DNA from: Haloferax volcanii DS2
GTDB lineage: Archaea > Halobacteriota > Halobacteria > Halobacteriales > Haloferacaceae
Length of the DNA stretch: 32,000 nt
Direction: 5' to 3'
NCBI RefSeq assembly: GCF_000025685.1
Contig: NC_013967.1
Span: 1,740,001-1,772,000 of the forward strand
Part shown: in pieces, positions 9,192 to 16,584 of the stretch
Position numbering within the stretch: position 1 is the first letter of the stretch
How the letters are laid out: the number at the start of each line of letters is the position of its first letter
Program-made: the position numbers and the translations under genes
The notes under the pieces: model-generated
Told to the model about the DNA's origin: nothing
Databases searched by the model: none
Seen by the model: only the letters and a program-made list of their open reading frames with translations

Positions 9192-10427
9192 TCACTTGAG
9201 CGTCCCGATACCGATGAGCCGCCAGCGAGCGCCCACGCGGCGGTTGATGGCTATCTTCGCGCCCTCCTCGGCGCAGACGGGGCGCTTGAGCGAGACTTCC
9301 GCCTCGCCGCTTCGCGCGCTCGTCACCGCGCCGACCGTGGTCGCGGTGCCGACGGTGAGCATCAGGGGCTCGCCGGTGGATATCTCGTCGATACCCTCGC
9401 CTTCCTCGTCGCCGACGACGCGGTCGAGCAGTTCCACGTCCATGGTGAACTGCTCGCGCGTCGGCGGGAGCGTGCCGGGCTCGCCGGCGACCTGTCCCGC
9501 GAGCGCGTCGCCCTTCGTGAAGCTCGGGTCGAGACCGGTCCCGACGCCGCAGAGCCCGCCGGGGCGGACCTCGTCGACCATGTTGCCGCCCGCTTGGAGC
9601 GAGCGGATTTCGGTCGTGATGGAGCGCCACTCGGTCTGGCCCTCCTCGTCGACCTCGCGGCCGGGGCGGAGTTCGAGTTCGTCGCCCGCTTCGAGCTTGC
9701 CGGCGACGACGCTGCCGCCGATGACGCCGCCCGCGAGGCCGTCCCAGGTCGTCCCCGGGCGGTTGATGTCGAAGCTGCGCGCGACGTACATCTGGCTGTC
9801 TTCGGTCTCGTCGCGGTCGGGCGTCGGAATCTCCTCCTCGATGGCCTCGATGAGGAGGTCGAGATTGACCTCCTGCTGGGCACTGATAGGGACGATGGGC
9901 GCGTCTTCGGCCACCGTACCCTCCACGAACTCCTGTATCTGTTCGTAGTTGTCGACGGCTCGCTCGCGGTCGACGAGGTCGACCTTGTTCTGCGCGATGA
10001 CGATGTTCTCGATGCCGATGATGTCGAGCGCCATCAGATGCTCGGCCGTCTGGGCCTGCGGCACGTCCTCGGTCGCGCTCACGAGCAGGATGGCACCGTC
10101 CATGATGGCGGCACCAGAGAGCATGGTCGCCATGAGCGTCTCGTGGCCGGGCGCGTCGACGAACGAGACGGTGCGGAGTACGTCCGTCTCCTCGCCGTCT
10201 TCCGTCTCCTCTTCGACCGTGTAACACTCCGGCGCGTCAACGCCGGGAATCTGACGGAACGTCGCGTCGGCGTACCCGAGTCGGATGGAGATACCGCGCT
10301 TCATCTCCTCCGAGTGCTGGTCCGTCCACGAGCCGGACAACGCTTGAACGAGCGTCGTCTTTCCGTGGTCGACGTGACCGACGAGTCCGATGTTCACCTC
10401 CGGTTGTTGTGGGTTTTTCGTCACCAT
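9192..10427 (-). CDS. eif2g: Translation initiation factor aIF2 gamma subunit
   Basis: 411 aa from the ATG at 10427 ([25 protein letters not shown]). G motifs [14 protein letters not shown] and NKVD. GGAGGTCA lies immediately upstream of the ATG. The longer ORF up to 10727 is Arg/Ser-rich and not protein-like. Confidence 0.92.
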   Translation of the reverse strand: MVTKNPQQPEVNIGLVGHVDHGKTTLVQALSGSWTDQHSEEMKRGISIRLGYADATFRQIPGVDAPECYTVEEETEDGEETDVLRTVSFVDAPGHETLMATMLSGAAIMDGAILLVSATEDVPQAQTAEHLMALDIIGIENIVIAQNKVDLVDRERAVDNYEQIQEFVEGTVAEDAPIVPISAQQEVNLDLLIEAIEEEIPTPDRDETEDSQMYVARSFDINRPGTTWDGLAGGVIGGSVVAGKLEAGDELELRPGREVDEEGQTEWRSITTEIRSLQAGGNMVDEVRPGGLCGVGTGLDPSFTKGDALAGQVAGEPGTLPPTREQFTMDVELLDRVVGDEEGEGIDEISTGEPLMLTVGTATTVGAVTSARSGEAEVSLKRPVCAEEGAKIAINRRVGARWRLIGIGTLK

Positions 10428-10576
10428 TGACCTCCTGAGAGTAATCTTGCGTGAACTTGGCTCCGAACGACTGATAAAGGTGCTGTTCTCGGAGCGGCGA
10501 CGCTGTGGCCGCGTCGGGCGGTCACACACCGCGCGCGGCGATTCAGCGGGCGTCTCCCGGTCCCGGCGACGGCTCG

Positions 10577-10642
10577 AAAAATGGGTGGTCGTGCCCCCCG
10601 GCACGACGGTTCGCGAACCGATTCGAGTAACCCCTCGAATCG
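10577..10642 (-). terminator. Structured terminator-like region downstream of the lipoprotein gene
   Basis: In minus-strand order: 8-bp hairpin 10619-10642 (cgattcga/tcgaatcg), 10-nt palindrome gttcgcgaac 10609-10618, 8-bp hairpin 10588-10607 (gtcgtgcc/ggcacgac), then a T5 run (10577-10581). Confidence 0.45.
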
Positions 10643-10665
10643 CTGTCGGCTCCGGGTGTTGCCGG

Positions 10666-11475
10666 TTATTCGACGCCCGCGACGAGCGACTGAAGCTCCT
10701 CGCGGTAGGCGTCGGGCGTGAGGCCAAGGTCGATGTCGACCGAGACTTCGATGGCCTCGGTCGGCTCCTTGGTCACGCTGAGTTCGATGTTCTCGCCGGG
10801 GTGTGCGCCGCCGGCGACGAGAATCGTCCCGTCGTGCTCCCAGACGGCCAGCATCCCGCTGACGTCGAACTCCTGTCCCTCGATGGTGAACTCCTTTTCC
10901 TCGGTGAACGGGAACGTAATCTCGTCGAAGGCGATGGTGGCTTCGTACTCGGTCACGCGCGCCGACTCGCCGGTGTCGACCGTCGTCGACCGCGTGCCCG
11001 TCTGTTCGATGTCCGTGACATCCACGTCCTCTAACTGCCCCTCGTAGTTCGCCCGCGCGTGTTCTTCGACCACGTCGACGACCGTCCCGCGGGCCGCTTT
11101 CGGGAGGTTCGACAGGCTCGGGTCGAGCGTCACGCGCGTCGCGAAGAACAGCGAGAACTGCCCCTCGGCCTGTCCGAGCGTCTTCTCCTTCAGCGTCTCC
11201 GAGAGGTCCATGTCCTCGTAGACGAGCGTCTCGAACGCCGCGGAGACGCTCGCCGGGCCGACCGACTGCTCGAAGGCCGGGTCTAAGGAGTGTCCCCCGA
11301 TGTACTCCCAGCCGCCGGCTTCGAGCGCCGCCTCGGGAACCTGCGGCGGTGCCCGCGCGGCGCTCGCGGTCATTCCGGAACTACAACCGGCGAGACCTGC
11401 GAGTCCCGCGCTGGCCGCGATTCCGAGGTACGCTCTCCGCCTGATACTGTGGGTTTCGTTGTTTTCCCCCTTCAT
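10666..11475 (-). CDS. Tat-exported lipoprotein of unknown function
   Basis: 269 aa. Twin-arginine signal [15 protein letters not shown] plus lipobox LAGCSS. Acidic beta-rich mature domain. Confidence 0.75.
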   Translation of the reverse strand: MKGENNETHSIRRRAYLGIAASAGLAGLAGCSSGMTASAARAPPQVPEAALEAGGWEYIGGHSLDPAFEQSVGPASVSAAFETLVYEDMDLSETLKEKTLGQAEGQFSLFFATRVTLDPSLSNLPKAARGTVVDVVEEHARANYEGQLEDVDVTDIEQTGTRSTTVDTGESARVTEYEATIAFDEITFPFTEEKEFTIEGQEFDVSGMLAVWEHDGTILVAGGAHPGENIELSVTKEPTEAIEVSVDIDLGLTPDAYREELQSLVAGVE

Positions 11476-11598
11476 CGGTCAGTACTGCCGCGCTCTGTCT
11501 CAAATAGGTACCCCCCCGAAAATCAGATACGAGAACACCGACACGACCCGACGGCCGTGGGAGCGACCTTTTTGCCGCTCCGCCACCGAGCGTGTCAC

Positions 11599-12582
11599 GT
11601 GCCCGTTCCGGCGTCGTCGCCCTCGGAGTTCGCCTTCGAACTGGCGCTTTGCGCCCGCCTCGAACAGACGACCGACTGGCTCCCCGCGCGCCAACTCGGC
11701 GCGTCCGTCGCCTCGCCGGGGAGCCGCATCATCGACGTGTGCGCCGTCGTCCCGGGGCCGGGGTTCGACGACCGCGCCCGCATCACCGACCGCGCGATTC
11801 CCGCGGCGGCCATCGAGAGCGACGTGGGAGCCGGCAGCGCCGTCTTCTGGCGCGACGGCTTCGACTGCCACCCCGGCCGCGCCCGGCGCGCCACCGACCG
11901 CGCCGTCGAGGTCGGCTTCTTCGAGTCCGAGCGCCGCCGGAGCAGGGAGTACGTCCGCCGCGCCGCCCGCTACCCGGACGACTGGTTCGCCCGGCTCGTC
12001 GGCATCGAGAACAAACCCGACCTCGGAAGCCCCGGCGACCTGCTCAGACAGCTTCGCCTCGACGTGAGCCTCGCGGTCTTCGACGAAGTGATTCTCACGA
12101 CTGAGAGCTATGTTACCGGCGCGCACCTCAACCGCATTCCGGAGGAAGTCGGCGTCTGGCGCTTCGACCCCGACACCGGCGACCGCGAGGTGGTCCGCGA
12201 GCCTCGCCCGCTTTCGCCCGACTCGACCGGCGTCGAACCCGTCGAGTACCACTCGCTGCACACCGACGTGGCGCTCGTCTCGCCCGCAGAAAAGCGAACC
12301 GCGCGCCTCCGACTCGCCGAGCGCGCCTACGGCAAGGGATGGCGCGCCTACGACCTGCCGGGCTGTGCCCGCGCCCGCGTCGACGCCGACGGCCGCCCGG
12401 TCTGCGACCACTTCGACCACGTCGTCGACCCCGGTTCGGAGTGCGGCCCGGACTGCCCGGCGTTCGAGGCGGCCGACCCGCCCGAACTGGACCGCGACGG
12501 CCTCCGCGAGTCCCGGACGGACTGGGTCGCTGACCCGCCCGGCGCGGTCCGCAGACAGTCGGGACTCGACCGGTATCGCTGA
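11599..12582 (+). CDS. Conserved hypothetical protein: PD-(D/E)XK nuclease-like core plus C-terminal Cys4 cluster
   Basis: Acidic, protein-like ORF with G/C-rich third positions. No Met codon anywhere downstream of the overlap with the lipoprotein gene, so the start must be GTG (11599 or 11557) or TTG. Motifs: FELALCARLE, RIIDVCAVV, LVGIENKPD and C-x12-C-x12-C-x3-C (12364-12456). Confidence 0.6.
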   Translation: MPVPASSPSEFAFELALCARLEQTTDWLPARQLGASVASPGSRIIDVCAVVPGPGFDDRARITDRAIPAAAIESDVGAGSAVFWRDGFDCHPGRARRATDRAVEVGFFESERRRSREYVRRAARYPDDWFARLVGIENKPDLGSPGDLLRQLRLDVSLAVFDEVILTTESYVTGAHLNRIPEEVGVWRFDPDTGDREVVREPRPLSPDSTGVEPVEYHSLHTDVALVSPAEKRTARLRLAERAYGKGWRAYDLPGCARARVDADGRPVCDHFDHVVDPGSECGPDCPAFEAADPPELDRDGLRESRTDWVADPPGAVRRQSGLDRYR

Positions 12583-12586
12583 CGCC

Positions 12587-12799
12587 TCACTCCGCGTCCG
12601 CCCGCCGCTCCATGTAGTTCCAGTAGGCGACGAGCGCGACGCCGATGACGGCGACGAAGACGACTTGGACGGCGACGCCGACGAGGTCCAGCCGACCCGT
12701 GTCGACGTACGTCAGGACGAAGTTTCCCGCGGCCGCGACGACGCCGGCGACCATGAGATATCTGAACGCCGTGTCCTCGGCGACGGCTCGCAGCTTCAC
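12587..12799 (-). CDS. Small membrane protein (two TM helices)
   Basis: 70 aa from a GTG that overlaps the MBL gene stop (GTGA at 12796-12799). An ATG 15 codons in is an alternative start. Hydrophobic segments MVAGVVAAAGNFVLTYV and VVFVAVIGVALVAYW. Confidence 0.5.
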   Translation of the reverse strand: MKLRAVAEDTAFRYLMVAGVVAAAGNFVLTYVDTGRLDLVGVAVQVVFVAVIGVALVAYWNYMERRADAE

Positions 12800-13620
12800 A
12801 GGTCGTACACCTCGCCGTCGACCGCCAGCGGCTCTTCGAACGCCTCGTCGGCGGGATAGTAGTGGGCGACGTGGACGAGGCGGGTCTCGTCGGTGTTCAG
12901 TTCCTCGCCGAGCGCGATGGCTCCCTCGCGGGTCATGTGCTTCGTGCCGAAGGTCCGCGCGACCCCGTCTTCGTCGTAGTCGTCGCCGCCGATGGGGTGG
13001 TACTCGCAGACCGACGCGGGGACGATGGCCTCGGCGAGAAGCAGGTCGGGGTCGCGGAGCACGTCGCGCGACGCCTCGGGAATCGCGTAGGTCGTATCTC
13101 CCGAAAGCGAGAGCTTCGCACCCGTCTCGGGGTCCTCGATGGCGACGCCGTAACAGACCAGCGGCGGGTGGACGACCGGCACGAACGTCACGTCGAGGCC
13201 GCAGGCGCGGAACGACTCGAACGGCGTCCGGTCTTCGACCGAGATGCGGTCGAGGTAGTCGAACTTCGAGCGAATCGCGTCGGCGACGCTCTCGCCCGTG
13301 ACCGGGTCGACCTCGTCGGCGGCGTGGACCGAGAGGTCGTCGAGGAGGCGGTAAACGTTGCCGAGGCCGTCGAGATGGTCGAAGTGAATGTGAGTTACTA
13401 AGGCCTCGTCGGGAAGCGGCACGTCCTGCGTGAGAAACTGGTGGCGGAAGTCGGGGCTGAAGTCCACGAGGAGCGACTCGCCGGTCCGCTCGTTTTGCAC
13501 GTGGACCGAAAAGCGCGTCCGCTCGATGCCTCGCTCGCGGGCCGCGAGGCAGGTCTCGCAGTCGCAGCCGACGGTGGGCGTCCCGGTCGTGTCGCCGGTC
13601 CCGAGGAGGGTCACGCGCAT
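12796..13620 (-). CDS. MBL-fold metallo-hydrolase (PhnP/PqqB-like)
   Basis: 274 aa from the ATG at 13620 (MRVTLLGTGD). Cys motif GCDCETC near the N-terminus and HxHxDH motif THIHFDHLDG. TATAAA lies about 28 nt upstream. Confidence 0.8.
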   Translation of the reverse strand: MRVTLLGTGDTTGTPTVGCDCETCLAARERGIERTRFSVHVQNERTGESLLVDFSPDFRHQFLTQDVPLPDEALVTHIHFDHLDGLGNVYRLLDDLSVHAADEVDPVTGESVADAIRSKFDYLDRISVEDRTPFESFRACGLDVTFVPVVHPPLVCYGVAIEDPETGAKLSLSGDTTYAIPEASRDVLRDPDLLLAEAIVPASVCEYHPIGGDDYDEDGVARTFGTKHMTREGAIALGEELNTDETRLVHVAHYYPADEAFEEPLAVDGEVYDL

Positions 13621-13645
13621 TGATTCAACCACGGGGACGGCGAGG

Positions 13646-13651
13646 TATAAA
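13646..13651 (-). promoter_or_regulatory. TATA box (TTTATA on minus strand) for the MBL gene
   Basis: About 28 nt upstream of the ATG at 13620. This supports the internal start and a leaderless mRNA. Confidence 0.4.
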
Positions 13652-13878
13652 CGTGGCCGACGGCGGTCGGTCGCGTCCGGCGCAACTGCTTCCGGCGAGC
13701 CCCGCCAAACACGCCCGGCGACGTTCGTTACGAAACGCACCTCGACAGTCGTTCGCCAAGCAGTCCGTGATTCGACCCGTCCGCATTGAGTGCTCGGTCG
13801 AATTTGGGCGTTATCTTTGGGTGATATCTGTCTGATTTCGGAATTTATTCATCGTCATTGCGAGCGAACGGATTTCTC

Positions 13879-14025
13879 ATGAAACGATTCCGTAGACTCA
13901 TTCGAAACGCGGACTCGCAACGGGGAGGCCCCGCTCGGACGAGACGGCTCGGTCGCGTACTGACGTGGGTCGCGGTCGTCGTAACGGTTCTCACGGCGGT
14001 GCTCTCGGTGGTGAGTGTGTTATGA
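13879..14025 (+). CDS. 48-aa basic/TM micro-protein, coupled to the downstream membrane protein
   Basis: MKRFRRLIRNADSQRGGPARTRRLGRVLTWVAVVVTVLTAVLSVVSVL. Its TGA (14023-14025) overlaps the ATG (14022-14024) of the next gene. CGGAA+TTTATT (BRE/TATA-like, 13838-13849) lies about 32 nt upstream. Codon bias in the first 10 codons is weak. Confidence 0.35.
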   Translation: MKRFRRLIRNADSQRGGPARTRRLGRVLTWVAVVVTVLTAVLSVVSVL

Positions 14026-14762
14026 GCGTGCCGTGGAGACGGAACCGTCATCTCATCGTCGGGGTGGGTATCGCTCTCCTCCTCCTCGCCGTCATCGCCG
14101 GCGTTGGCCTCCAGTCTAACGAGCCGTCGGGCGACTTCGCGGAACCACCGTCTGACGCGGACTTGCCGACCAACGACGCGCCGACTGGCGGCGAAGCGCG
14201 CGACACCGCGAGCCTCGTCGGCACGATCAGCCGCGTCAGCATGGAACACTCCTACACGCTCATGTTCCTCGCAACGCTGACGGGCATCCTCTCACGCCGG
14301 GGAACTCCCGGTTTAGTTCGTCTCCGCGCGCAACGGGTCCACACGTTGCTGGCGTACGGGGCCGGCGCGCTCGTCGCCCTGCACGTCTTGACCCAACTCG
14401 ACTCGCTCTCACTCATCGCGGACGTGCTCTCGCAAGTAGTCACGGGCGGACTCGCCGGCGTAGACACGCGAGGGCTCTCGAAAGCAGTGGGCGTCGGTAT
14501 CGGTCTCTGTGCGGTGGTCGTCACCACCGTCGCGGCGGTGTCGTTCCTTCGACCGCGGCTGTTCACCGGCTCGGTCAGGCCGTACGTCGTCCACGCCTTC
14601 GTCTACGCGGGCTTCGCGACGATACACGCGCTTGTCCTCGGTCACGAGAGCACCCAGTACGTGACGTTCACCGCGGTCGTCCTCGGAACGTTGGGACTCC
14701 AGTACGCGTGGAGTCGGTATCAATCGAATCGGCGGAAAAAGGGGCAGATGGTGTCGAACTAG
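14022..14762 (+). CDS. Polytopic (about 6 TM) membrane protein with intramembrane His pairs; possible ferric-reductase-like heme-b domain
   Basis: 246 aa from the ATG at 14022. TM segments include VHTLLAYGAGALVALHVL (H-x13-H) and VVHAFVYAGFATIHALVLGH. An acidic extracytoplasmic linker follows TM1. Confidence 0.6.
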   Translation: MSVPWRRNRHLIVGVGIALLLLAVIAGVGLQSNEPSGDFAEPPSDADLPTNDAPTGGEARDTASLVGTISRVSMEHSYTLMFLATLTGILSRRGTPGLVRLRAQRVHTLLAYGAGALVALHVLTQLDSLSLIADVLSQVVTGGLAGVDTRGLSKAVGVGIGLCAVVVTTVAAVSFLRPRLFTGSVRPYVVHAFVYAGFATIHALVLGHESTQYVTFTAVVLGTLGLQYAWSRYQSNRRKKGQMVSN

Positions 14763-14806
14763 CTCGGTTCGACGGACCTGTCCGAGTCGGAGCGTAACCG
14801 GTCCGC

Positions 14807-16231
14807 CTACTGCGCCGCGCCGGCGTCTTTCTGCGTCTCGCCTTCGTGTTCGTCCGTGTGGTCGTGGTCGTGACTGTGGTCGTGACCGTCGTCCGACCCC
14901 GACCCCGCCCCCGCGACGAGTTCCGACGAGTCGGACATCATGTCGAGGTTCTTCAGGTTGTCACGCTCTTCGAAGTCGGCGACGGCCTCGAGCAGGTCGT
15001 CCTGCGTGAGTTCCATCCGCTCTTCGGTGAGTGCTTCGAGGACGGCCTCGCGGAGGACGAGTCGGAGGTCGGAGCCGGTGAGGCCCTCCGTCACGTCCGC
15101 GATGGCCGAGGGGTCGAACTCGTCGATGTCCATCCGGTTCGTGATGACGCGGAGGATGTCGGCGCGCATCCCGCGGTCCGGCTTGGGGAAGTTGACGATT
15201 TCGTCGAAGCGCCGCCACGCCGCCGAGTCGAGCTGGTCGGGGTGGTTGGTCGCGCCGATGAGGATGACCTCGTCGCGAATCAGCGAGATGTCGTCGATGC
15301 TCTTGAGCAGCGTGTTGACCGCGCGCTTGAGCGCTGCGTGCTCGTCCGACCGGCGGGTCTTGGCGACCGAATCGAACTCGTCGATAAAGAGGATACACGG
15401 CGACAGGCGCTTCGCCACTTCGAACGTCTTCTCGACGTTCTTGGCCGTCTCGCCGAGGTACTGGCTCGTAATCATCGAGAGCTTCACCTCGACGAACGGC
15501 AGGCCGAGTTCGTGGGCGAGCGCCCGCGAGACGGTGGTCTTGCCGGTCCCCGGCGGTCCGACGAACAGGATCTTCCCGATTTCGCGGAGGCCGATGTCCG
15601 CGAGGTACTCGCGGTGTTCGATGGCCTTCATCAGCTTGTGAATCTCGCCCTCTTGGTCCGTCGTGAGTACGAGGTCGTCGAGCGTCATCTCGATTTCCTC
15701 GGGCGCGCGGACCTGCACGAGGTCGAGCATCTCGGCGTCGTCCTCGTCGTCGAAGTACTCGTCGAGCAGGCTGTCTATCCACACGCGGTCGGCGTGAATC
15801 GGCCGGGTCTGTTCTCTCGCGTCCGCGTGGGTCACGTCCACGTCGTCGCGGTCCTCGACCGACTTCGCCACCGTCGGGTTCGTCACGAGCCGGTCGTAGT
15901 CGGCTCGCTTGACGAACCACTCCAGCGCCATCTCGGGCTGCGTCAGCGAGAGGCGGCCGGAGAACTCCTCACGTTGGGTGAACATGAGGTCGGAAATCGC
16001 GTCCCAGGGGTGTTCGACGCCGGTCGCCTTCCGCGCGACGGACTCGGTCACGACGAGCGGTCGCTCGATGCCGGCGGCCGACGAGTCGTCCTCGTCGCCG
16101 TCGTCCTCGGCGTCCGCCCAGAAGACGCGTCGATACCGCGGGGGAAGGTCGTTTTCGTCAAGCGTTCGGTCGTCAGTGTAGAGGTGGGCCGTCAGCAGAA
16201 ACTCGACAACCTCGAGCGCCCGTTCACTCAT
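14807..16231 (-). CDS. AAA+ ATPase (single classical AAA domain) with His/Asp-rich C-terminal tail
   Basis: 474 aa. Walker A GPPGTGKT, Walker B ILFIDEFD, second region of homology ATNHPDQLDSAAWRRF. Tail is DDGHDHSHDHDHTDEHEGE. Confidence 0.9.
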   Translation of the reverse strand: MSERALEVVEFLLTAHLYTDDRTLDENDLPPRYRRVFWADAEDDGDEDDSSAAGIERPLVVTESVARKATGVEHPWDAISDLMFTQREEFSGRLSLTQPEMALEWFVKRADYDRLVTNPTVAKSVEDRDDVDVTHADAREQTRPIHADRVWIDSLLDEYFDDEDDAEMLDLVQVRAPEEIEMTLDDLVLTTDQEGEIHKLMKAIEHREYLADIGLREIGKILFVGPPGTGKTTVSRALAHELGLPFVEVKLSMITSQYLGETAKNVEKTFEVAKRLSPCILFIDEFDSVAKTRRSDEHAALKRAVNTLLKSIDDISLIRDEVILIGATNHPDQLDSAAWRRFDEIVNFPKPDRGMRADILRVITNRMDIDEFDPSAIADVTEGLTGSDLRLVLREAVLEALTEERMELTQDDLLEAVADFEERDNLKNLDMMSDSSELVAGAGSGSDDGHDHSHDHDHTDEHEGETQKDAGAAQ

Positions 16232-16340
16232 CCCCCAGAAATTGCCCGGGGAGACGCATAAGAGCGTCGGAGCGTCGTCGGGTGCCGCGCGCGACCGACC
16301 GACCTCGATGGCAAGGAACGCGGTCCGGAACCGCCGTCAG

Positions 16341-16550
16341 ACATTAATTTCAGAAAAATAATCAAAAAACATATCTTAAAATTGGGGGATTCACGCGATT
16401 ATATTCCTTTCATTCGATTGTATATTGTGTCTTTATTCGGAACACGTGGGAAAAATATCTGTTCTTAAACGATTAGGTCTTTATGGTTATCTTCCGCCAC
16501 TGTGAGCCAAGAAAGTGAAATGATATTCACGAACGGCACGGGGTATATGC
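16341..16550 (+). promoter_or_regulatory. AT-rich intergenic island upstream of nasA, including a TATA-like GTATATG at 16543-16549
   Basis: Hand count gives about 33% G+C over 16341-16520, in a window whose genes are strongly G/C-rich. The AAA gene has its own TATA-like CTTATG about 27 nt from its ATG, so most of the island is spare sequence facing nasA. Confidence 0.5.
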
Positions 16551-16584
16551 CCGAATGCGGTACATTCGACGCGAGCGGTGGGTG

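Noticed and set aside
10428-10727. N-terminal extensions offered by the ORF track: aIF2-gamma to 10727, MBL to 13740 and to 28568, thiolase from 21436, serS from 30340, the nuclease-like ORF from 11290, rpoE' to 8877
   Set aside because: The extensions are Arg/Ser/Pro-rich, overlap neighbouring genes or promoters, and precede canonical family N-termini. Several internal starts have a TATA element about 27-30 nt upstream.
16434-16442. TATTCGGAA shared by the nasA and nasD upstream islands, with TTCGGAAT also at 13836-13843, considered as a dedicated regulator-binding motif
   Set aside because: Not rejected outright, but downgraded. CGGAA followed by a T/A run matches a generic haloarchaeal BRE+TATA core. 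A 7-9-mer shared among AT-rich regions is expected fairly often by chance.
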